Source of the DNA: Lama glama
Taxonomy: Eukaryota
Assembly: GCA_028534125.1 (NCBI GenBank)
Contig: CM052816.1
Span: 19,098,001-19,162,000, forward strand
Direction of reading: 5' to 3'
DNA: 64,000 nt
Part shown: positions 12,901 through 24,652 of the stretch, piece after piece
Layout of the letters: every line of letters begins with the position of its first letter
Position numbering within the stretch: position 1 is the first letter of the stretch
Program-made: the position numbers and the translations under genes
The notes under the pieces: generated by a model
Database searches by the model: none
What the model was told of the DNA's origin: nothing
What the model saw: only the letters and a program-made list of their open reading frames with translations

Positions 12901-13779
12901 CTTCAGTTATAAAGTTAGGTTGTTTAGTTGAGATGGTCTGTTTTGATGTAGGCATTTATAGCTATAAACTTCCCTTTTAGAATTGCTTTTGCTGCATCTC
13001 GTAAGTTCTGGCATGTTGTATTTCCATTTTTATTTGTCTTAAAGTATTTTATTTCTCTTTTGATTTTCTCTTTGACCCACTGTTGTTTAGTAGCATGTTG
13101 TTTAATCTTCACATATTTGTGATTTTTCCACTTGTCTTGTAGTTGATTTCAGGTTTCGTACCATTGTGGTCAGAAAAGATGCTAGATACGATTTCAGTTT
13201 TCTTAAAATTTATTAAGTCTTGTTTTGTGGCCTAACATGTGGTATATTCTGGAGAATATTCCATGTATGCTTGAGAGGAATGTATATTGTTTCTTTGGGC
13301 AGAATATTCTGTATGTATCTGTTAAGTCCATCAGGTTTAACATGTTGTTTAAGGTCCATGTTTACTTATTGATCTTCTGTATGGATGATCTCTCTGTTGA
13401 TGAAAGCAGGGTATTAAAGTCCCCTAATATTACTGTGTTGCTGTCTGTTTCTCCCTTTAGTTCTGTTAATATTTGCCTTATATATTTATTTGTTCCTAAG
13501 TTGGGTGCATATTTAGAAATATTATATCCTCTTGTTGGATTGACTTCTTCATTACTATATAATGTCATTCATTGTCTGTCATTGCAGTCTTTGTTTTAAA
13601 GTCTATTTTGTCTGATAAAAGTGTAGCTACCCCAGTTTTCTTTTGGGTTCCATTTACTTGGGAAATATTTTTCCATCCCTTTACTTTCAGTCTGTGTTTA
13701 TCCTGACATCTGAAGTTGGTCTCTTGTGACAGCGTATAAACAGGTATTGTATGTTTATCCATTCAACTGTTCAGTGTCC

Positions 13780-15257
13780 TTTTTTTGTTGTTGCAATTGT
13801 ATTTTGCTTTATTTTATAAATATTTTCCATAAAAATTTGAAATGTAAAGAAAAAAATAACCAAACCTAATAGCTTAATAGAAATTAAATGTTTCTTTAAA
13901 GGAAACTCATGACACAAATATGAAACTATCACTGGAATTAGTAAATATCAAAATCAGTGTTACGATTTTAATTACTATATAGAGACTATATTTTTGTATA
14001 TATATTTTTATTGAAATATAGTCAGTTTATAGTGTTGTGTCAATTTTTTGTGTGCAGCATGTTTGTCATACATGCACTGTTTAATAAGTTTTTTTTTTTT
14101 AGATTCCACATGTGAATGATATTAAGTTGTATGAGCTGCTATATATTCTGGAAATTAAGCCTTTGTCAGTCTCATCTTTTGCAAATATTTTCTGCCATTC
14201 TGTAGGTTGTCATTTTGTTTTGCTTATGGTTTCCTTTGCTGTGCAAAAGCTTATAAATTAGGTCCCATTTAAAAATTTTTGCTTTTATTTCTATTGTCTA
14301 GGTAGACTGCCTTAGGACAACATTGCTAAGATTTATGTCAGATAATGTTTTGCTTATGTTTTCTTTTAAGAGGTTTATAGTGTGTTGTCTTATGTTTAAT
14401 TTAAGTCTTTAAGCCATTTTGAGTTTATTTTTGTGTAAGGTGTGTGGGAGTGTTCAAACTTCATTGATGTACATGTATCTGTCCAGTTTTCCCAAAACCA
14501 CTTGCTGAAGAGACTGTCTTTACTCCATTGTGTGTTCTTGCCTCCTTTGTCAAAGATTAATTGACCAAAAGTTTGTGGGTTTATTTCTGGGGTCTCTATT
14601 CTGTTCCATTGATTCATATGTCTGTTTTTGTACCAATACCATGCTCTTTTGATTACTGTAGCTCTGTAGTATTGTCTGAAGTCTGGGAGGGTTATTACTC
14701 CAGCTTCATTCTTCTTCAGTATTGCTTTGGCAATTACAGGTCTTTTGTGATTCCATATAAATTTTAGCAATATTTGTTTTAGTTCTGTGAAATCTGGGTA
14801 ATTTGATAATGATTGCGTTAAATCTGTAGATTGCTTTGAGCTGTATGGCCATTTTAACAACATTAATTCTTCTGATCCAAGAACATGGGATATCTTTCCA
14901 TTTCTTTAAGTCATCTGTCTTTAGTCAATGTTTTGTAGTTCTCGTATAAGTCTTTTACTTCCTTGGTCAGATTTATTTCTAAGTATTTAATTTTTTTGGA
15001 TGCAATTTAAAAAGGGATTGTTTCTTTACTTTCCTTTTCTGATATTTCATTGTTAGTGTAAAGAAATACCACTGATTTCTGTATGTTAATCTTGTATCCT
15101 GTTACCTTGCTGAATTCTTTTATAAGCTCTAGTAGTTTTTGTGTGGAGCCTTTAGGGTTTTCTATATATAGTATCATGTCATCTGCATGTAATGACAGTT
15201 TTACCTCTTGTCTTCTAATTTGGATCCCTTTTATTTTTTTTTCTTGTCTAATTGCTA
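13780..15257 (-). mobile_element. younger 5'-truncated L1 with ~200 bp non-L1 3' tail, inserted into the outer L1
   Basis: ORF2 remnants 14396-14863 and 15007-15261 ([11 protein letters not shown] motif); own polyA signal 14007-14012; degenerate TSD 13763-13783 / 15258-15275. Confidence 0.85.
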
Positions 15258-15303
15258 TCAACCACTCTGTCTTTTGATTGGAGAATTTAGTCCATTCACA
15301 TTT

Positions 15304-18300
15304 TTTAAAAATTTACACATATGTACTATTCATTGCTTCTAAAACAGTTTAGGGCTTTAGCTTTTTAAACTTACATAGTTATCAAAGTAATAAAGCCAAC
15401 CACAAAGTAAGAGTCAACAGAATGCAGTAATCCAATCATAAAGGACAGTCAAATGTGCTTACATGTATTCAAGAAATCAGTCATCTAAGTTATAAATAAT
15501 TAGTAGTTCATTTGTGTCCCCCCCCCCCTTTTTTTTTAAAGATTCCACATATAAGCAATACCATATGTCATTTTTCTTTCCCTTTCTGGTTTACTTCACT
15601 TAGAAGGACGATCTCCAGGTCCATCCATGTTGCTGCAAATGACATTATTTTATTGAAGAGACTGTCTTTTCTCCATTGTATATTCTTGCCTCCTTTGCTG
15701 TAGATTAATTGACCATAAGTGCATAGATTTATTTCTGGACTTTCTATCCTATTCCACTGATCTATGTATTTGTTTTTGTGCCAGTACCATACTGTTTTGA
15801 TTACTGTAGCTTTGAAGTACAGTCTGATGTCACGAAGTGTGATTCCCCCAGCTCCATTCTTTTCAAGTTTCTTTTTGCTATTCAGGGTCTTTGTGTTTCC
15901 ATACAAATTTTAACATTTTTTGTTCCAGCTCTGTGAAAAATGTGATTGGTAATTTGATAGAGATTGCATTGAATCTGTACATTGCCTTGGGTAGTATGGA
16001 CATTTTAACAATATTGATTCTTCCAATCCAAGAACACAGTATATCTTTACATTTGTTAATGTTGTCTTCAGTTTTTTCCATCATTGTCTTAATAGTTTTT
16101 GGAGCACAGTTCTTTTGCTTCCTTAGGTAGGTTTATTCATAGGTATTTTATTCTTTTTGGTGTGATGGTAAATGGTACTGTTTCCTTACTTTCTTTTTCT
16201 GCTATTTCATTGCTAGTGTATAGAAATGCAACTGATTCCTGTATATTAATTTTGTATCCTGCAACTTTACCAGATTCATTGATGAGTTCTGGTAGTTTTC
16301 TGGGCACTTCTTTAGGGTTTTCTGTGTAGAGTATCATGACATCTGCAAACAGTGACAGCTTTAGTTCTTTATTTCCAGTTTGGATTTCTTTTCTTCTTCT
16401 CTGCTCTGGTAGGGCTTCCAAAACTATGTTGAATAAAAGTGGCAAGGGTGGGCATCCTTGTCTTATTCCTGATCTTAGAGGAAATGCTTTAGTTTTGCCC
16501 CATTAAGTATGATGTTACCTGTGGGTTTGTCATGTATGGCCTTTGTTATGTTGAGGTATGTTCCATCTATGACCACTTTCTGGGGATTTTTTATCATAAA
16601 TGAATGTATTTTATCAAAAGCTTTTCTGCATCATGGTGTATGATCCTTTTAATGCATTGTTGGAGTCTATTTGCTGGTATTTTGTTGAGGATTTTTGCAT
16701 CTTATATTCATAAGTGATACTGCCCTGTAATTTTCTTTGTGAAATCTTTGTTTAATTTTGATATCAGGGTAATCATGGCCTCACAGAATGAGTTTTGAAA
16801 TGTTCCTTCCTCTTCAATTTTTTGGGATAGTTTCAGAAGGATAGGTGTTAACTCTTCTCTAAATGTTTAGTATAATTCACCTGTGAAGCATTCTGGTCCT
16901 GGACCTTTGTTTGTTGGGAGTTTTTAAATTACTGATTTAATTTCAGTACTGGTAATTGGTCTATTCATATTGTCTCTTTCTTCCTGGTTCAGTCCTGGCA
17001 AATTGTACCTTTCTAAGAAATTGTCCATTTCTCCTAGGTTTTCCTTTTTGTTGGCATATAGTTGCTCATAGCAGCCTTTTACAATCCCTTGTAATTTCCA
17101 TGGTGTTGGTTATAACTTCTTTTTTATTTCTGATTTTATTCCTTTGGGCCCTCTCCCTTTTTTCCTTAATGAGTCTGACTGAAGGTTTATCAATTTTATT
17201 TATCTTTTCAAAGAATGAGCTTTCAGTTTCATTTATTTTTTCTATTTTTTTTAGTCTCTTTCATTTATTTCTTCTCTAATCTTTATGATTTCTTTTCTCC
17301 TCCTAACTATAGGTTTTGTTTGTTCATCTTTCTCTAGCTGCTTTAGATGTAAGATTAGGTTGTTTACTTGAGATTTTTCTTCTTTCCTGAGGTAGGCTTG
17401 TATCGCTATAAACTTCCCTCTGAGAACTGCCTTTGCTATATCCCAGAGGTTTTAGATGATTGTGTTTTCATTTTTATTTGTCTGAAAGTATTCTTTTATT
17501 TCCTCTTTGATTTCTTCAGTGATCCTTTGGTTGTTTAGTAGCATATTGTTTAGCCTCCACATGTTTGCAGCTTTTTTCCTTGTAGTTGACTTCTAACCTT
17601 ATAGCATTGTGGTTGGAAGAGATGCTTGATACGATTTCAGGTTTCTTAAATTTATTGAGGTTAGCTTTGTGGGCCAATAAGTGGTCAATTCTGGAGAGTG
17701 TTGCCTGTGCACTTGAGACGAATGTGTATTCTGTTGCTTTCAGGTGGAATGCTCTATAGATATCATTCAAGTCTGTCTGGTCTAATGTGTTATTTAGGGC
17801 CTGTGTTTCCTTATTGATTTTGTCTAGATGGTCTGTCCATTGATGTAACTGGGGTGTTAAGGTCACCCACTATTATTGTGTTATCATCAATTTCTCCTTT
17901 TACGTGTGTTAACAACTGCCTTATGTATTGAGATGCTCCTATGGTGGGTGCATATATACTTAAAATCATTATATCCTCTTCTTGGATTGATCCCTTAAGT
18001 ATTATGTAGTGTCCTTTCTCTTCTAACAGTCTTTATTTTAAATTGTATTTTGTCTGATACAAGTATTGCTACTCTAGCTTTCTTTTGACTTCCGTTTGCA
18101 TGGAATATCTTTTTCCATCCCCTTACTTTCAACCTGTATGTGGCTTTAGCTCTGAAGTGGGTACCTTGTAAACAGCATATATATGGGTCTTGTTTTTGTA
18201 TCCATTCAGACAGTCTATGTCTTTTGGTTGGAGTGTTTAAATCTATTTATATTTAAGGTAATTATTGATACATATGTTCTTATTGCCATTTTGTTAATTA

Positions 18301-20247
18301 TTTTGGGTTTGTTTTTGTAGGTTTTTTTTTTTCCTCTTTGTCCTCCTTTCTTGTGGTTTGATGATTAGAGAAATTCCTTTAACATTTGTTGTAAAGCTGA
18401 TTTGGTTGGTGTTGAATTCTTTTAGTTTTTGTTTATCTGTGAAACTTTTGATTTCTCCATCAAATCTGAATGAGAGCCTTGCTGGATAGAGTATTCTTGA
18501 TTGTCTCTTTTCCTCTTTCATCACTTTAAACATATCATGCCACTCCCTTCTGGCCTGTAGAGTTTCTGCTGAAAAATCAGCTGATAACTTTATGGGAGTT
18601 CCCTTGTATGTTATTTGTTGCTTTTCTCTTACTGATTTTAACATTTCCTCCTTATCCTTAATTGTTGTCAATTTGATTACTATGTACCTTGATGTATTCC
18701 TCCTTGGGTTGATCCTGTGTGGAACTCTCTGCACTTCCTGGACTTGGGTGACTTTTTCCTTTCCCAAGTTAGGGAAGTTTTCAGTTATTATCTCTTCAAA
18801 AATTTTCTCAGGTCCTTTCTCTCTCTTCTCTTTCTGGGACCCCTATAATACGAATATTAGTGCACTTCATATTGTCCCAGAATTCTCTTAAACTATCCTA
18901 TTTCCTTCCGTTCTTTTTTCTGTTCTGTAGTAGTGATTTCCACTAATACATCATCTAGCTCACTGATCCGTTCTTCTGCCTCATCTAGTCTATTCTTGTT
19001 TCCTTCTAGTGTGTTACTCATTTCAGTGATTTCATTCTGTGGGTATTCTTTATATTTTCCAACTCTGTTAAAAATTTCTCTCTCTGCATCTATATGCCAT
19101 ATCTCTGAATATCTTTGCCGTCATTATTCGGAACTGTTTCTCGGATAAATTGCCTATCTCCTCATCACTTATTTCTTCTGGCTTTTGATCTTGTGCCTTA
19201 GCCTGGAAGATACTCCTCTGCAACCTCTGTCTCTCTCTTTCTGTTTTTAGGTAGGTTGGTTATGCTTCTCAACCTTGGAGAAGTGGCCCTCCTATGCATC
19301 CCAGCAGTAAAGTCCTCTTCTGTCACCCAAGGGCCAGGGTCCAGCTGGTCCCAGTGTAGAGGTTTGGGGATCTTTTATTTCTGGTATCTGCCCCCTGGTA
19401 GATGAGGCTAGACTAGTCTTATACAGGTTTCTTGGCAGGAGGAGTCGGTACCTGCCCACTGCTGGGTGAAGCTTGGTCCTGGACCTCTGGTGGGTAGGGC
19501 AGTGTCTAGAGGCCTTTGTGGCTTAGGAAGTTTGCTGATGGGTGGGTCTATGTTCCCACCCAGTATGCTGTTTTGCTTGAGGCTTCCTTACAGGCTGTTG
19601 GGTGGGGCTAGGTCTTGGTGCTAATGATCCAATCACGATGTCAGCCTCCAGGAGAGCTCATGTAGATGAACACTCCCAGAATGTCTGCCACCAGCTTTTA
19701 TGTCCCCTGGATGAGCTGTAGCTGTCCCCTACCTCCCCAGGAGACGCTACAAAACCAGCAGGCAGGTCTGGCCCAGGTTCTAATGAAATCACTGCCTCTG
19801 CCCTTGGACCTGGCATACACGAGATTCTGTATAGTTCCCAAGAGAATGAAGTCTCTGTTTCCCCCAGTCCCTTGGGGCTCCTGGAGTTAAGCCCCACTGG
19901 TGTTCAAAACCAGATGTCCTGGGGTCTTCTTCTCTCAGTGCTGGGACCCCAGGCTGGGGAGCCTGACATAGGGCTCAGAATTCTCACTCCTGTGGGAGGG
20001 CCTTTGTGACTTAATTACTCTTCAACTTGTGGGTCACCCACCCAGGGGGTATGGGGCCCACTTATATCATGAGCACGCCCCTCCTACCGTCCTGCTGTGG
20101 TTCGCTCTCTATGTTTCCAGTTGAAGATCTTTTTTGCTAGATCCTTCTTTTTTTTTTGGTTGGTTGTTTAGCAGTCAGTTGTGGTTTTTGCTTTTGCTGT
20201 GAGGAGAGGCGAGCTCGTGGTCCTACTACTATACCATATTGGCCAGA
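15304..20247 (-). mobile_element. younger L1 of full-length origin (5' UTR, ORF1, ORF2 with internal deletions) with non-L1 3' tail
   Basis: ORF1 remnant 18294-18767 (KLSADFSAETLQARREW, YPARLSF); ORF2 remnants 15568-17866; GC-richer 5' UTR ~19200-20247; 15-bp TSD 15289-15303 / 20248-20262. Confidence 0.9.
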
Positions 20248-21750
20248 AGTCCATTTCCATTTAAACTATTGATAGATATGTACTTATTCCCATTTGATTA
20301 ATTGTTTTTTGGCTATTTTGTAGTTCCTCTGCTTCTTCTCTTGCTCTCTTCCTTTGTGATTTGATGATTTTTTTAGTGATGTGCTTACATTCCTTTGTCT
20401 TTCTCTTTTGTGTTTCTGCTATAGGCTTTTGCTTTGTGTTTACCATGAGACTTAACTTATATTTATAACAGGATTTTAAGCTGATGATAAGTTTGTTCCC
20501 ATTTTAAAACTATGTTTTTGCTCTCCCCTCCACATTTTATGTTTTTGCCGTCACAATTTTGCATCTTTTTATCTTGTGTAGCCTTTAACTAATTATTGTA
20601 GTTACAGTAATTTTTAGTACTTTAGTCTTTTAAACTTTAGACTAGCTTAACAAGTGATTAATCTACCACCTTTACTATGTATTTACCTTTACCAGTAAGA
20701 CTTAAACTTCCATGTTTCCCTGTTACTAATTAGTGCCTTTTCTTTTCAGCATAAAGAAGTCCCCTTATCATTTCTAGTAAGGCCAGTTTAGTGGTGATGA
20801 ACTCCTTTAGCTTTTGCTTGTCTGCAGAACTCTTTCTGTATTCTTCACTTCTGAAGGGTAGCTTTGCTGGGTAGAGTATTCTTGGCTGGAAGTTTTTTTT
20901 ACTTTTAGCACTTGGAAAAATAATGCCAAGTCCCTCCTGGCCTGCAAAGTTTCTGCTAAAAAAATCTGCTAATAGGCTTATGGGAGTTTTCTTATAGGTA
21001 ACAAGGTGTTTTCCCTCTTGCTGTTTTTAAGGTTTTTCTCCTTGTCTTTAACTTTTGCCATTTTAATTATAATGTGTCTTGGCATGGTTCTCTTTATGTT
21101 GTTCTTATTTGGAACTCCCTCGGCTTCCTGGCAGGATTTTCTTCTTTTTATGACTGAATAATATTCCATTGTATGTGCATGTATACCACATTTTCTTCAT
21201 CCATTCATCTGTTGTTGGACAGTTAGATTGTTTCCATGTCTTAGCTATTATAAATGAAGCTTCTATGAGCATGGGGTGCAGATATCTCCTCAGTAGAGTG
21301 TTTTCATTTCCTTTGGATATATTCTCAGAAGTAGAATTGCAGGAGCACATGGTGGTTATTTTTAATTTTCTGAAGAACCTGCATACTTTTTTCCCATAAT
21401 GACTGAACCAGTTTACAATGTGGGGCAACAGCTTTAATGCAGGTGGCCATAAGCAAATTAATCATTGCTAAAAATTACCAGAATTAATTACATGTTAAGC
21501 TTTATAACCTGGCTACATTGGCATCTGCTGACTGGTTTCAGGGTCACGGGGAAGCTCTCAGGCCCCCTTCTCCAATAAAACCAGCTCCAATTCCCAGATG
21601 CCTGAAATTCTTTCATTTAGGGCTTCCTCACCTCTTAAAATCCAAGTATCCTTGGGCAGAAGCACTAAATCTTTATCTGCTTATCAACTGCATTCCACTC
21701 TGGAGCATTTACTGAGCACCTCCTGTATGAATGGAGTTCACTGGGTAGAG

Positions 21751-24270
21751 CAGTGGTTTTTGAACTTTTTGCTTGCATACTTCCTAAAGCATTTTAAAAA
21801 ATCTTTATATCTGACACATTTAAAATCTGGCAGCTGAACTTTTCATAATAAACTTAAATATCTGAAAGGGGTATAATTTTGATATATAATAAATATTGAC
21901 ATTTAAAAGGAAAATTGCTTCATCACTCATTTAAATGTAGCCAAAGAAACCTAAATACCGCAATGATTTGCTATACCACAAAATACACAGAGGCTCCTTT
22001 TTAACAGTTGGAAAATTTACATTATGATTCTCCTTTGAGCCCTTATTTTTCTCTTGCCTCGCAAAATGTTATCCTGATGTAACACTTTTTTTTTTGCTTA
22101 TAGTATGTTATTGATCTACACAAAACAAAAATAATATATAGAAATTCAAATTTATTTTGAAAAAATTTCTTGTGATCATAAAAGCACTGAATGTTATGGT
22201 TTCTACAAGATTGAATAGTTGCCATATTTATTAATGATACATAATTGATCAAACCAACAAATACTTTACAAATTTTAACTATTAAGAAGAAAATAAAATT
22301 TTCTTGGAATTGTATCATGTAACAGGATGGATGGAGATAAACTTTTTCAGTTAACTCAAGTATCTAAGATAAATGTTACTTATCTGAATGAATGTTAATG
22401 TTGCTCAAATGAGTCAGGGTTCATAATCCTATATTTTTATATTTATAGGCATAAGTGTCTGGAAAATCTTGTTCACAAAAATAATTAAATGGGAATGGAA
22501 AGGATTTTGTTATAGCAACATCACTCAATCCTCTGAACTTTTTCTGAGTTACATGCCAACAATCACATAGTAATCTGTCATCAATTTGTTTTAATAAATG
22601 TTTTGTTTTAGAATTGTTTTAGATTTACAGAAGTTACAAAGCCAGTACAGAGAGTTCTTAAATATCCTTCACCCAGTTTCCCTGTTGTTAACGTCTTCCA
22701 TTACACTGATACATTCATCACAACTAAGAAACCAGCACTGGAACATTACTATTAACTAAATTCCATCAATCTGTTCTTTAATGATCTATCAGCTGTTAAC
22801 TTAATTTGGTATTTCTTCAGTTTTGTTGAAAGCACAGAATTAGAAACATCTGACTTGTGAAAGGATTTGTCTTCCAGCCTTTCCCTTCCTGATTTCCTGG
22901 AAAGTAGATGAAAAAAAGGCCTTACTAAGACTTACCATTTAATAGTTGATTATACCTGTTTCTCTTACACTTGTCAAATCTGACACACTCAAAGTATTAG
23001 GAAAACCAAAATAGTGATAATTTTAATATATCTTTGCTAATACCATGTTTCTTGATAAAATGCTTTTTGTCTTAGCATTTATATCTAAACCTTGCAGCAT
23101 CAAATTTAGCTCATTTAATTTATGGAAAATGTTCCAGGGTAGCCATATAACCTAAATTCCAAAGCAGTCCTTATTGTTAAAGCTCGTAGCAAAATTAGAC
23201 CTTATTTTTCAGTGTAAGTAAAAATGTTGATATATTAACGAATTTGGATCCTAACAGGGCAAATAGATAGGGCAGAGCCTTGCCCCAAGTTTACTGTCCA
23301 GATCCTTCCTTCAGGAAATCATGGCCATTTGTAATATTTCTTACCTCCTAATTTCTTGATTTGCACCCACTGGACCATCCTTCAAAAGTGATGTACTTTT
23401 TGATAACAATTAGGGGAAGGGAAAAGGTGAAGTATCTCAACAAAAATTGCCATTGTTCCCACTTTCTTCACTCGATAATATATCTGAATGCAAAAAGATT
23501 TCCAAGTGAGCCAAAATATCCATTTCTAATACAAGCCTTGTCCTTAACAGAAATATCTAAAAAGATTGGGAAAGGCATGCATCCCTCTTTGAAGGGTGGT
23601 GCACCATGCTAATGCCTACTCTTGGGGAGTGGGAGAAGTGATTGTGGAGGGAGACCCAGCATGAAACCTTGACTGCAGGCTCAGATCCATTTTAGGAAGA
23701 AGTACATTAGGAAGTTGAGGATATGGGAAGTAATTAAACCTCTCTACACAACATACCCTTGCAAGGCTCTTGGAAACCCCAGGATGCAGATACTTCAGAC
23801 TGAATGATGCTGGGAGGAGGCGTAAGAGCCTGCCAAGATCCATGCCCACAACAGGGGGGATGAGGCATCCCAAGGGGACAGATAGGCTTACCAGCAGTTT
23901 CCATATGGATCTTTCTCCATGACTGGTCTTAATGAAGGAGGGTAGGAGAGTCTTACCTCCTGGGCTTGGGAGGGTGATGGTCCTTGGTCTGCTTTTTGGC
24001 TCTTTGAGGACTAAAGGCCCAGAGCAGTTTGTTTTTATCCCAGACATGAATACCGTACAGGCATCTAGAAAGTGAAGACCCTGAATTAAGAGACATTTAG
24101 TGGTCTAAAGTTATGCAAGTGGTTCTGTTCTAAATTATCACTGTAAAATTTTGCCTTTTAAGTAACTGTTTTTTTTTAATATTATGAAAGTGATGAAGAT
24201 ACAGTTTAGCACTCTTTATAAAACTTTTGGACTTCAAAGTAACCCTGCAGCACCCACTTTGAAAAATGCT
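21751..24270 (-). mobile_element. degenerate hAT/Charlie DNA transposon with transposase remnant (interrupted; right boundary uncertain)
   Basis: Left end CAGTGGTTTTTGAACTTTT resembles a Charlie TIR; minus strand 23083-23130 translates IFHKLNELNLMLQGLD, typical of Charlie/ZBED-type transposases; TIR-like CACTTTGAAAAATGCT near 24255-24270. Confidence 0.7.
22595..22765 (-). mobile_element. ancient L1 3' end fragment (L1MB/L1MC-like) inside the Charlie remnant
   Basis: TTTTAGATTTACAGAAG...TACAGAGAGTTC...CACCCAGTTTCCCT...ACTATTAACTAAA. Confidence 0.65.
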
Positions 24271-24391
24271 AGTTATGTGTTAGTTTCCTGTTTTCTCTTG
24301 AGTATTACAGGCAAGGCTTTCCATTTGCCTGCCTGTTATGTTAGAAAAGCCTAGACTCGCGTAGTCTCTGCCTGCACGGGCCTCATACTGA

Positions 24392-24652
<261 letters not shown>

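Larger units (their letters stand above)
10066..21418 (-). mobile_element. nested L1 complex; outer older L1 occupies about 10186-13780, 15258-15303 and 20248-21418
   Basis: L1 3' UTR/ORF2/ORF1 remnants (e.g. ORF 13362-13568 VILGDFNTLLS, endonuclease motif); whole block flanked by the exact 13-mer TGTGGGGCAACAG at 10053-10065 and 21419-21431. Confidence 0.93.

Noticed and set aside
14396..18767. L1 ORF1/ORF2-like ORFs as an active reverse-transcriptase system
   Set aside because: Fragmented by stops, frameshifts and large deletions; dead retrotransposon copies
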